Source: Ruminococcus bicirculans (ex Wegman et al. 2014) (lineage in GTDB: Bacteria > Bacillota > Clostridia > Christensenellales > DTU072). From it: a stretch of DNA of 64,000 nt. How positions within the stretch are numbered: the first letter of the stretch is position 1; the number at the start of each line of letters is the position of its first letter. Positions 10,120 to 18,561 of the stretch are shown here, piece by piece. The position numbers and the translations under genes are program-made. Below the pieces are notes generated by a model. It was not told where the DNA came from, searched no databases, and saw only the letters and a program-made list of their open reading frames with translations. The stretch covers positions 69,129-133,128 of the forward strand of contig CAVIFU010000001.1 in the NCBI GenBank assembly GCA_963642145.1. The letters run 5' to 3'.

Positions 10120-10791
10120 TCAACGCCTTTCTCCGAACAGAACGCGCCCCAATCTAACGGAAGTAGATCCGCATTCCACGGCAATTTTGTAGTCTTCGGA
10201 CATGCCCATCGACAACACTTCGTAACCATATTTGTTTTTTAGTTCGACGTATAAATCGTTTACCGATCCGAATAATTTTCTGAGGTTATCGTCGCCTATT
10301 CCCTTTGGCGCGACAGCCATCAATCCGCATATTTTAATATGCTCGTAATTCGTATTTACGTATTCGATAAACGGTATGACGTCGTCTATGTACAGTCCGC
10401 CCTTGGCTTCTTCCGCTCCGGAATTTATTTCGACCAAACACTTCTGCGTGAGATTGTTTTTCCGCGCCTGTTTTTCGATTTCGTCCGCGAGCGGAATTCT
10501 GTCCAAGCTTTGAATATACCTAACCTTGCCTATGACGTACTTAACTTTGTTGGTCTGCAACTGACCTATAATGTCCCAAGTCAAAGACGGCGTGTACTTA
10601 CTCATAAACTCCTGCACGCGATTTTCACCAAACACCGTTACCCTACCGTCCTTGGCTACGTCGAGCAAAGTTTGCAAGTCTCTTGTCTTGCTTGCGCCCA
10701 ATATTTCTATGTCGCGCGAAATTCCGTTTACGAGTTTGATTTTATCTATTTCGGCTATTATCGAGTTAAGATTTTCTATAACGTTTTCCAT
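10120..10791 (-). CDS. yggS: YggS/YlmE-family pyridoxal-phosphate homeostasis protein
   Basis: Motifs ILGASKTR (PLP lysine), FGENRVQE, WDIIGQLQTNK and MGMSEDY. Start placed at M24 (MENVIENLN), the homologous N-terminus. The track start at 10860 would overlap the upstream gene by 32 nt. Confidence 0.85.
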   Translation of the reverse strand: MENVIENLNSIIAEIDKIKLVNGISRDIEILGASKTRDLQTLLDVAKDGRVTVFGENRVQEFMSKYTPSLTWDIIGQLQTNKVKYVIGKVRYIQSLDRIPLADEIEKQARKNNLTQKCLVEINSGAEEAKGGLYIDDVIPFIEYVNTNYEHIKICGLMAVAPKGIGDDNLRKLFGSVNDLYVELKNKYGYEVLSMGMSEDYKIAVECGSTSVRLGRVLFGERR

Positions 10792-10828
10792 AACACGATT
10801 ATACACCGAGCCAAGAATATTTTCAACA

Positions 10829-11485
10829 CTAAATCGTATTCTCGTTCCTTTCGTCGACATCGTCGGACTCAGAGCCGTACCCTATTCTTCCCACGCTGAT
10901 TTCGTAAGCCACGCGCGTTTCCGAAGAACCGTCATCCAATAATTTTTGATACTCTCTACTCTGAATTCTTCCGGACAAAGTAATTTTGTCCCCTACTTCG
11001 AGCTTTGCCGCAAATCGAGCGTTGCGTCCCCAGGCAATACACGGAATATAATCGGACTTATTATAAGCCCTGTTTACGGCAATCAAAATATCGGCGATTT
11101 CGCGTTTGAACGGCGTTGTGCGGAATACCGGCGGCTTACAAACAAAACCGGTAAGTTCGATGTTGTTGGCGTTTTGTATTTCGTTTGCGGGGTCGAACAG
11201 ACTCCTTACAAACACCGTAAGCATAAGCTTCGATTTTCCGTTAACCAATTTGTTATAGCTACGGAATTGCCCGTCGATAGCCACTTTGTTTCCTACCGCA
11301 AAATCAGAATCGGCAAGCAGGCGTTCCGAAATTGTTACGGGAATGACGTCTTTTTGCCCGGAAAGACGTTCGATCTCGATTGCCGACTCATAGAAACCTT
11401 CGCCGAATACGCTATGAGAATAGACAGGTTCCATTGCCGTTATGCCGGAAATTGTTACTACGTTGTTATTCATAATGTCATCCAT
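10829..11485 (-). CDS. SSB-like protein with two tandem OB folds
   Basis: 218 aa. Both halves fit the SSB OB pattern. Half 1: NVVTISGIT..PVYSH...VAIDGQFRSYN. Half 2: NIELTGFVCKPPVFRTTP...IAVNR...IPCIAWGRNARFAA.LEVGDKITLSGRIQSREY. Acidic C-terminal tail SESDDVDERNENTI. Confidence 0.6.
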   Translation of the reverse strand: MDDIMNNNVVTISGITAMEPVYSHSVFGEGFYESAIEIERLSGQKDVIPVTISERLLADSDFAVGNKVAIDGQFRSYNKLVNGKSKLMLTVFVRSLFDPANEIQNANNIELTGFVCKPPVFRTTPFKREIADILIAVNRAYNKSDYIPCIAWGRNARFAAKLEVGDKITLSGRIQSREYQKLLDDGSSETRVAYEISVGRIGYGSESDDVDERNENTI

Positions 11486-11506
11486 TTTATATCCTCCGGA
11501 TGTAAA

Positions 11507-12262
11507 TTAATTATTTTTGATTTGTTTTCCTTGCGAATCGATGGTGTATCCGTTCGCATATACAAGTTCGTCAAGTCTTACCGCCCTCAGATTTTTATTT
11601 TTTATCGACGTTATTACAATAGGCAACGCATCGAGTATGTGGTCGCTGTTGTTATGGAATAGCACAATCGCGCCGGGCGCAAGTTTCGGAGTCACCCTTT
11701 CCGTAATCTGTCCGCCGGAAAGCCCCTTCCAATCCAAGCTATCGATGCTCCACTGAATGCACTGCATATTTTTGTTTGTCAATGCGTTTATCAGTTTGTT
11801 GTCATATTCGCCGAAAGGCGCGCGAAAGTACGTCGCCGAATAACCCGTCAGCGTCAGAATTTTGGCGTTGACTTCGGTTATCTCGTTGTCGATATCGGAC
11901 GTTCCGAGCTTGGACATATGCTTGTGATTAAGGCTGTGGTTAGCCACAAGATGCCCTCGATCGTAAATTTCTTTGACGAGTTCGGCGTTTGCGTCAATCC
12001 AAAACCCTGTCAAAAAGAACGTTCCGCGCAATCCGTTCGCTTCCAGTATGTCCATTATTCCGCGAGTTTTATCGGAGCCCCAAGCCGCGTCAAATGTAAG
12101 AGCGACCTTATTTTCGGCGGTATCCACGCTATATATCGGTATCAGTCTATTAGTCGAAACGCTCGTGAATACTCCGGCGCCGGCAAGCGCGACAATCGTT
12201 ATTACGATAATAAGCGCGACAGCCGTCAGCAATACGGCTCGCTTTTTACATACTATGAACAT
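11507..12262 (-). CDS. pdaB: polysaccharide deacetylase family sporulation protein (PdaB-like)
   Basis: 251 aa with an N-terminal TM anchor. NodB domain has the PdaB-type variant motif LTFDAAWG (Bacillus PdaB has TFDISWG) and HSLNHKH. Confidence 0.75.
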   Translation of the reverse strand: MFIVCKKRAVLLTAVALIIVITIVALAGAGVFTSVSTNRLIPIYSVDTAENKVALTFDAAWGSDKTRGIMDILEANGLRGTFFLTGFWIDANAELVKEIYDRGHLVANHSLNHKHMSKLGTSDIDNEITEVNAKILTLTGYSATYFRAPFGEYDNKLINALTNKNMQCIQWSIDSLDWKGLSGGQITERVTPKLAPGAIVLFHNNSDHILDALPIVITSIKNKNLRAVRLDELVYANGYTIDSQGKQIKNN

Positions 12263-12336
12263 TTCTCCTCCCGATTTTAAGCTTTTTTCAAGGTGGAATT
12301 AAGGCAAGTATTGTCGATATTTGTCATAAAACAACA

Positions 12337-12367
12337 CAAAAAAAGCACATCCGATTATAGATATGCT
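12337..12367 (-). terminator. rho-independent terminator after the large surface-protein gene
   Basis: Minus strand reads AGCATATC-tataatcg-GATGTGCT followed by TTTTTTT. It lies about 60 nt after the stop at 12427. Confidence 0.6.
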
Positions 12368-12426
12368 TTTAATAAAGTTTATATTACGAGTTAATGAAAT
12401 TCTACGTAAATATCTCTATGATTTCG

Positions 12427-15400
12427 CTATAATATCGAGTAGTCGTAATTAGACCACACTAAGTGATTTTTATAGAGCTTCTCTTGCGACGAGCCGATGG
12501 TAATTTTAAGCGATCCGTCGGCAGTGTTGTCAATGGGAGCAAAGTATGCACCGGGAAGAGATACGCACGAACTTAGATTGATATTCAGTTGCTTGCCTGC
12601 GCAAACATTAAATGCGTATTTGCCGATTCTTTGAATCGTGTCGAGATTAAATGTCGTCAAGCTATCCGCGCCGTAGAATGCGTAATCTCCTATATAAGTG
12701 ACGGTGGACCTGTTTATGCCGAAGTCGGCTATGCCGTCTACGCCTATTATTGACATGTAAGATATACCGGCAAGTTTTTTGGCATTCGAGAAAGCATAAC
12801 TGCTTATCGTGGTAAGTCCTCCGGAATAAATCATTTGAGTTAGGTTTTTGGCGCCATAGAAGGCGTAACTTGCTATTACTTTTACTTTGCTCGGCACTGT
12901 AAACGCAGACTGCTCTTTCGAGGCGGGATAGGCAATCAGGAGCGTCCTGCTTGCGTTGAAGAGCACGCCGTCTTGCGTACTGAAAGACGAATTAGAGCTC
13001 GGCGCGCTTATGCGTTCAAGAGCCGTGCAATCCATAAACACGCCCGTACCGATGGAGGAAACGCACTTCAAATCTATATTCTTTATCTCTTTGAGACCGT
13101 ATAACGCGAACCTATCCAAAGTGCACACATAGGATAAATCCAAAGATAATACGCCTTGGGCGTTACCGAACGCATAAGGCGCGATGTAAGTTACCGCCCT
13201 GTTTGAATACGATTCCGGTATCTTGATATATACGTCGGATCCGCGATACGCAAACACTCCGTAAGTTCCGTCTTTACGCTTATATAACAGGAAGTTATTT
13301 ATATCGTTAATACCGTTTCGATAAAAATAGAAATCCTCCTCGGCATTACCATACGGCGATACGACGAAGTAATTGTTATCGAAATAGACAGTAGATTCGG
13401 CGTTGAATTTATCATTGAGAATTCTTGCCGTCGCATTTGCGATACGCGCTACTTCGGAGAGATCGTTTATTTCGAATATGTAGAAGTCGTGCCCGTATTT
13501 GGCTTTCACCGATACGGCACCGCAAATATAGCCGGCGTAGTCGGATAACGTATTGTCAAAGACCTTATATAAGTCATACCGATTCTTTTGATACGAGACG
13601 GTAAAGCCGTAGCGGTTGAATAACTGCAAATTTTTCTTATAGGAGCTTTCCAATCCGAATACATATTTTTCGGAATCGCTTATCTGTTCGAACTCGGCAT
13701 AAATTTCCACTGCCGATTCGGGCATTGTAAAGACATCGCATATCGGCGTATAACCGTTATTCGGTTCCACAATGTTTAGCGATTTGAGTTTGTACCCCTT
13801 ATTCGGGCTTACGTTCAATTTAACCAACGTGCCTGCCGCTATTCCGCCGTTTCGACCGACGCTAACCGTGCCGCCGCTCGTCGTGCGTACGGTTATGTAA
13901 TAGCTACGCGATTTGTCAGTCGTGCGATGTGCCGTACTTGCGGTTACGCTTACGGTGTCGCCATGCTCTGCTTTGTCGGCAGTCAGTTCAAATACGTTCG
14001 CGGAGTCCAAAAGTTCGGTGTACGTGCCTATCGCCACGGACAATTTTACGTCTTCCGTAAGGTAGTCTTCGTACGCACCCACATTGAAGTAGACGTTTCC
14101 GCCTATTTTGAGTGAGGTCGATGAAGGCGTCGCGTATATTTTGCCGTCGTCGTACGCATCTACGCCGAATACGCGGTCAAATTTTGCCGTAACGCATACG
14201 TTATCAGCGTCGGGCATTGAGAACGAGTCGTTATTGCTTAGCGACAGTGTTTTCTTTTCACCGTTAAGCGTATATGTAACGGTTATGCCTTTATCGGCAA
14301 GCACATAGCCGTTTATCGAGGCTGCCGTAACCGTAACGCGTTCGTATTCGCAAGCGGTAGTTTTATCCGCCGTTACGGAGCCGCCTATCGCCGAGTTGAG
14401 TAAGTTCACCGCGTGCGCGGTACCCTTTTCTACAACCTTTGCGTATATCGTTACATCCTCGTCGGGCATAAGGAAAACGCCGTAATTTATTCTTACGTTT
14501 TCGTTATATACCAATTTTTCATATGCAAAAACATATCCTTCGTCGGGTATGATGTCAACTGTTATTTTATCGCCGTATGACGCGAATTCCGCAGACAACA
14601 CACTCGTAAACTTATCTGAATCGGTCGCTTCAACCGATATACTGTGCCCTATCGGCAAAAAATCGACGGTAATGTTACAATCAGACTTAGGCATGTAGAA
14701 CGAATCGCCGGCAACGTAAATGCCGTTTGCATATACTCCTCCCAGCCCGTAGCCATTGTCTGCTATGGTCGAAAACGATATTTTTTCTCCGGCTTTATAT
14801 GAATTTTTAATATCTTTGATATTGATTTTGCCGTTAACGGGTTCTGTTATCGTCAACTCATAGTCTTCATCGTTTTGCTTATCGATAACGATAAAAGATG
14901 CGCCGACGCTTACATCGGACGTCGGCATTACGAAAGAATTGCCGGATAGGCGCGTGTATACGCTTGCACCTTTGACGGAATACCTGACAGTGATGCCGTT
15001 TAGCATATAGCCGTCGATCGGAGTCGCGGATATTTCCACATATTCTCCGGCGTTCGCTTTTGCGGTATTTAAGATAATTTGTCCGTTCGCGTTGTTATCG
15101 GCAGATACGGAATAGTATGTTCCGCGATCGATTTCCTCGAATTCCGCAATTATCGTTACTTCTTCCGCGCCCATGTAGAATAAACACGTATTGCTTACGC
15201 CCACATTTAACGCCGTGCCGTCTTGGAAGTAGATGGATTTAAGTTTGTAGCCGTAATCGGGCAAAATCAAAAGAGTGACTGCGTCTCCGCTTTGAGCTTT
15301 TTCAACGCTTCCGACAACCGTACCGTTTGGTTCCGACAGCAGCGGATCGCAAAGAACGGTTACGGAATGCGGTTCGAGCTCGAATTCGCAAGTAACCGTT

Positions 15401-15951
15401 ACCGGTTCTGCCGGCATGACGAATTCATAGTAAGCATAGCGTTCTTCCGATTGCGTCAACGCTATACCGTTTGCTTTCAGTGTGCCGTCCTTAACGACAT
15501 ATCCGGCACCGCACTTAATTTCTACGGTAACGACATCGCCTTTGCGCGCCCTTTTATCTTCCGGCGTAACGATCTCAATCGTCCCGTTTTCGGAAGTAGT
15601 CAAAACGGTAATGGCATGCCTATACGTTTCAACGCTTTCCCACCCTGCAAAAATCGTGATATTGCGCTTAACTCTGTACGTGGAAACGTTTAATCTGTAC
15701 AAACAATCCTTGTCGATATACCAACCGGTAAATACATAGCCCTGCCTTTCCGGAGGGTTTTCCGGCAAATTTATGGAGGCGTTCTCTTTGAGATACATCG
15801 TATCCACCGGAGTACCGCCTTGAGTGTTGAAAGAAATTATATACAAACCACGCTTATTTTCGTCATTGTTGCACGCGGAAAGAACACCCGCGCACAGGCA
15901 CGCGCACAACAAGAGGAAAAGTATTGAAATCAAACATTTTTTTAAGCGCAT
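12427..15951 (-). CDS. large surface lipoprotein: Listeria-Bacteroides repeat + ~8 divergent InlB-B-repeat modules + BspA-type leucine-rich repeats
   Basis: 1174 aa. Signal peptide with lipobox LSAC (Cys27). The GYVFTGWYIDKD....IFAGW motif is the Flg_new type. About 8 repeated ~75-aa modules each end in (F/Y)xMPxxxVxVxAxF. The C-terminus carries IxxYAFxxxxxL LRR_5/BspA-like repeats. Confidence 0.8.
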   Translation of the reverse strand: MRLKKCLISILFLLLCACLCAGVLSACNNDENKRGLYIISFNTQGGTPVDTMYLKENASINLPENPPERQGYVFTGWYIDKDCLYRLNVSTYRVKRNITIFAGWESVETYRHAITVLTTSENGTIEIVTPEDKRARKGDVVTVEIKCGAGYVVKDGTLKANGIALTQSEERYAYYEFVMPAEPVTVTCEFELEPHSVTVLCDPLLSEPNGTVVGSVEKAQSGDAVTLLILPDYGYKLKSIYFQDGTALNVGVSNTCLFYMGAEEVTIIAEFEEIDRGTYYSVSADNNANGQIILNTAKANAGEYVEISATPIDGYMLNGITVRYSVKGASVYTRLSGNSFVMPTSDVSVGASFIVIDKQNDEDYELTITEPVNGKINIKDIKNSYKAGEKISFSTIADNGYGLGGVYANGIYVAGDSFYMPKSDCNITVDFLPIGHSISVEATDSDKFTSVLSAEFASYGDKITVDIIPDEGYVFAYEKLVYNENVRINYGVFLMPDEDVTIYAKVVEKGTAHAVNLLNSAIGGSVTADKTTACEYERVTVTAASINGYVLADKGITVTYTLNGEKKTLSLSNNDSFSMPDADNVCVTAKFDRVFGVDAYDDGKIYATPSSTSLKIGGNVYFNVGAYEDYLTEDVKLSVAIGTYTELLDSANVFELTADKAEHGDTVSVTASTAHRTTDKSRSYYITVRTTSGGTVSVGRNGGIAAGTLVKLNVSPNKGYKLKSLNIVEPNNGYTPICDVFTMPESAVEIYAEFEQISDSEKYVFGLESSYKKNLQLFNRYGFTVSYQKNRYDLYKVFDNTLSDYAGYICGAVSVKAKYGHDFYIFEINDLSEVARIANATARILNDKFNAESTVYFDNNYFVVSPYGNAEEDFYFYRNGINDINNFLLYKRKDGTYGVFAYRGSDVYIKIPESYSNRAVTYIAPYAFGNAQGVLSLDLSYVCTLDRFALYGLKEIKNIDLKCVSSIGTGVFMDCTALERISAPSSNSSFSTQDGVLFNASRTLLIAYPASKEQSAFTVPSKVKVIASYAFYGAKNLTQMIYSGGLTTISSYAFSNAKKLAGISYMSIIGVDGIADFGINRSTVTYIGDYAFYGADSLTTFNLDTIQRIGKYAFNVCAGKQLNINLSSCVSLPGAYFAPIDNTADGSLKITIGSSQEKLYKNHLVWSNYDYSIL
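12595..13212 (-). repeat. BspA-type leucine-rich repeat region (protein-level)
   Basis: Residues ~914-1119. Recurring units include VTYIAPYAFGNAQGV, VIASYAFYGAKNLTQM, LTTISSYAFSNAKKLAGI, VTYIGDYAFYGADSLTTF and IQRIGKYAFNVC. Confidence 0.65.
13687..15618 (-). repeat. array of ~8 divergent ~75-aa beta-domain modules (protein-level repeats, approximate limits)
   Basis: Modules at about residues 112-191, 194-272, 279-353, 363-431, 436-506, 512-592, 596-680 and 684-755. They share G.v......a..G..V.l...p..GY and the terminal MP..dV.v.a.F signature. Identity at the DNA level is low. Confidence 0.6.
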
Positions 15952-16000
15952 ATTTATATAATACCTTATACAGCCGTCATGTCAATATTTTTTGAACTTT

Positions 16001-17533
16001 TTATGAAAGACTTGCGAGCTTTTTGAGAACTTTGGCAGTCGCAATCGTATCGTATAGAGCGCGATGCGCGTTCGTCAGTTCGATATCGAATTGTTTGCAC
16101 AAGTCGTTTAATGTGTTTTTTCTATCTCTGCGGAAGATTTTTTTTGCCATCGCCAGCGTGTCGATCACCGGGTTATCGAAGTTATATAAGTATTGCCTCC
16201 CGTGATAAGTGATGAATCCGATATCGAACGGCGCGTTATGTGCGCATAGCGTAGCGCCATAGGAAAATTTATAAAAATCCCCTACGACGTCTTTGAATAT
16301 CGGCGCGTCCTTTACGTCCTCGTCGTAGATATTGTTTGTTGCCGAGGCTTCTTCGGGAATATGTTCTTCGGGATTTATCAATGTCGAGAAAGTCTCCTTG
16401 ATAACGCCGTCTTCCATCAATACGGCGCCGATTTCAATTATTTTGCAAGAACTTACCTGCAACCCCGTCGTTTCAAGGTCAAATACGACGATCTTGCCTT
16501 TGAGCAATTCCGGAAGCTCCTCTTCTTTTTCTTCAAACAAATTCCCCTGTTCGGACTCCGAGTAAGGCTCCGGGAAAACTTTGTAATACTCATCCGGCAC
16601 GGTATTGTACACAACGTCGGTATTTATACTTGCATAGTCAATGTCGCAAACGGCAATGCGACGCACCCAAAATATAAATCCTCCGGATTTCTCATCCATC
16701 CGTAGTTCGCCTTCCGCGACTATGTCTATGTCCTCCAATAGGTAAGAACGCATCGCTTCTTGTTGTTTGGGGAACCTCGGGAATATCATGCAATCCACTT
16801 TTGCCGTCGTATCGTCTATTGAAAATCGAAAATAAACTTTACCGTTTTTGGACATAGCTTCGCGCACGTTAGACAGCTTGCCGCAGAGAGTGACGTTTTC
16901 CGACTCCTTTTTAAGTGCGTCCACTATGTATACCGGTTTACGTCCGATTGTTCCTATCAAATCGACTTTAATTTTAACATTTGCAACGCGCAAAGTCGGT
17001 CTCACTGAAGAAACGGATCTGATTTTGCGTATACCGTCATAGCTTTTCTTTTCGGTACGGAAGAACTCTACTTCAACGCTTTCGAATATTTGACCCTCCA
17101 AGTAATCCGAAAGTTGTTTATCGTATCCGCAGTCGGCAAGATATCCGAAAACATCCGGCGGTGCGCCTACTTTAATCTTAACAAGGCAATATTCGATTTG
17201 TATGTCAAAAGTGACGTCACCGAGTTTAGAGAACAACAGACTGCTTTCTTTGTAAAAAAAGTCGTTGATACATTGAAGAATATACCTTTCGCTCGTTTCC
17301 GTTTTTTTGTACACTACATGGAAAATAATGTTTTTCGGCAAAATATCGCCGATTATGTCCGAAACTTTATGCTTTAACTCTTCGTTGAGGCGCGTATCGT
17401 AATTGGTAGCGTCCACAAGCAACGTAATTACAAGCTCGTCCGTTTCGTTGATAACGGCATGCGACAACTTGAATATACGCTCTTCTTCATTCAAGGATTC
17501 ATTCAGAAGATAATTAAAGGCGCCGTTATCCAT
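16001..17533 (-). CDS. PolC-like N-terminal domain + OB fold + DEDDh 3'-5' exonuclease (no PHP or polymerase domains)
   Basis: 510 aa. The exonuclease half resembles the PolC proofreading domain (VVFDLETTGL; AHNAPFDIGF; NPVIDTL; LCKQFDIELTNAHRALYDTIATAKVL). An OB segment at residues ~213-295 has the PolC-like pattern. The start overlaps the ispG stop by 8 nt (ATGGATAA). Confidence 0.75.
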   Translation of the reverse strand: MDNGAFNYLLNESLNEEERIFKLSHAVINETDELVITLLVDATNYDTRLNEELKHKVSDIIGDILPKNIIFHVVYKKTETSERYILQCINDFFYKESSLLFSKLGDVTFDIQIEYCLVKIKVGAPPDVFGYLADCGYDKQLSDYLEGQIFESVEVEFFRTEKKSYDGIRKIRSVSSVRPTLRVANVKIKVDLIGTIGRKPVYIVDALKKESENVTLCGKLSNVREAMSKNGKVYFRFSIDDTTAKVDCMIFPRFPKQQEAMRSYLLEDIDIVAEGELRMDEKSGGFIFWVRRIAVCDIDYASINTDVVYNTVPDEYYKVFPEPYSESEQGNLFEEKEEELPELLKGKIVVFDLETTGLQVSSCKIIEIGAVLMEDGVIKETFSTLINPEEHIPEEASATNNIYDEDVKDAPIFKDVVGDFYKFSYGATLCAHNAPFDIGFITYHGRQYLYNFDNPVIDTLAMAKKIFRRDRKNTLNDLCKQFDIELTNAHRALYDTIATAKVLKKLASLS

Positions 17534-18548
17534 TGTATTCCTCCGCGAGGGCTACAAGCTCATCGATAATATCCTTGTTTTCTACTGATTTTTTGAGTTT
17601 ACCGTTTACGTATATCGCGGAGCGAGTTTTGCCGCCGCACACACCGAAGTCTGCCCCGACGCTTTCTCCGATACCGTTGACGGCGCAGCCCATTACCGCT
17701 ATTTTGAGAGGTTTTTTGCTGTTTTCGGTCAGAGCTTCCAAACGCTCGGCAATTCCCTTCACATCGATTTCGGTTCTCGCGCAAGTCGGACAAGCTATCA
17801 CTTCCGTAAATTTTTTGTCCATGCCTATGGCGCGTAATATTTTTCGTCCTTCCGTCACTTCGAGTATGGGATTGGCTGTAAGCGAAACGCGTATGGTATC
17901 GCCGATTCCGTCAAGCAACAATGAACCTATCGCAATATCCGACTTTGTTATGCCGAGTTTCGGCGTACCGGCTTCGGTCAGTCCTACGTGTAAAGGGAGA
18001 TCTGTAAGCTTACTAAGCGCGCGGTAAGCTTGCACGGTTTTATTTACGTTGGATGTTTTAACGGCAAGTACGATGTTTTCTATGCCCAAGTCCATAAGCT
18101 CTTCTGCCGAGGCGCACGCCATATGCGCAAGCTCTTCCGCCGTGCGCACGGCGCCTCTTTCCGAGCCTTCGTTTACGCCTACTCTTACGGGAATACCGCG
18201 CTCGGCGCAAACGCTTGCAAATTTATGTAGTCCGTCTTTGGGGAAATTGGACGGGTTTATCCTAACCTTGTGCGCGCCTGCAAGTATCGACTCGATTGCA
18301 AGGCGATAGTCATAGTGTATATCGGCAACCACCGGAATGGGTGAAAGCTTGACAATTGTTTTTAGGCTTTCGGCAGATTCCGCGTCCGGCACGGATACTC
18401 GGACGATGTCGCATCCGACGCCGGATAGTTCACTTATTCTTTCGAGTGTCGCGCGCGTATCCGCTGTCGGCGTATCCGTCATCGATTGGACGGTAATCGG
18501 CGCGCCTCCGCCTATCGGTATATCTTTAACGTAAATGCGTTTTGTCAT
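17526..18548 (-). CDS. ispG: 4-hydroxy-3-methylbut-2-en-1-yl diphosphate synthase
   Basis: 340 aa, GcpE family. TIM-barrel N-terminal half and C-terminal 4Fe-4S cysteines (ACPTCAR ... MGCAVNG). Confidence 0.93.
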   Translation of the reverse strand: MTKRIYVKDIPIGGGAPITVQSMTDTPTADTRATLERISELSGVGCDIVRVSVPDAESAESLKTIVKLSPIPVVADIHYDYRLAIESILAGAHKVRINPSNFPKDGLHKFASVCAERGIPVRVGVNEGSERGAVRTAEELAHMACASAEELMDLGIENIVLAVKTSNVNKTVQAYRALSKLTDLPLHVGLTEAGTPKLGITKSDIAIGSLLLDGIGDTIRVSLTANPILEVTEGRKILRAIGMDKKFTEVIACPTCARTEIDVKGIAERLEALTENSKKPLKIAVMGCAVNGIGESVGADFGVCGGKTRSAIYVNGKLKKSVENKDIIDELVALAEEYNG

Positions 18549-18561
18549 AAGTAGTACCTCG

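Noticed and set aside
16001-17533. The PolC-like ORF as a plain polC pseudogene truncated by insertion of the neighbouring surface-protein gene.
   Set aside because: The ORF is intact and translationally coupled to ispG. It also lacks the PHP N-half that lies between the OB and exonuclease domains in real PolC, and a 3' truncation would not remove that internal segment. The possibility of a decaying relic cannot be fully excluded without comparative data.
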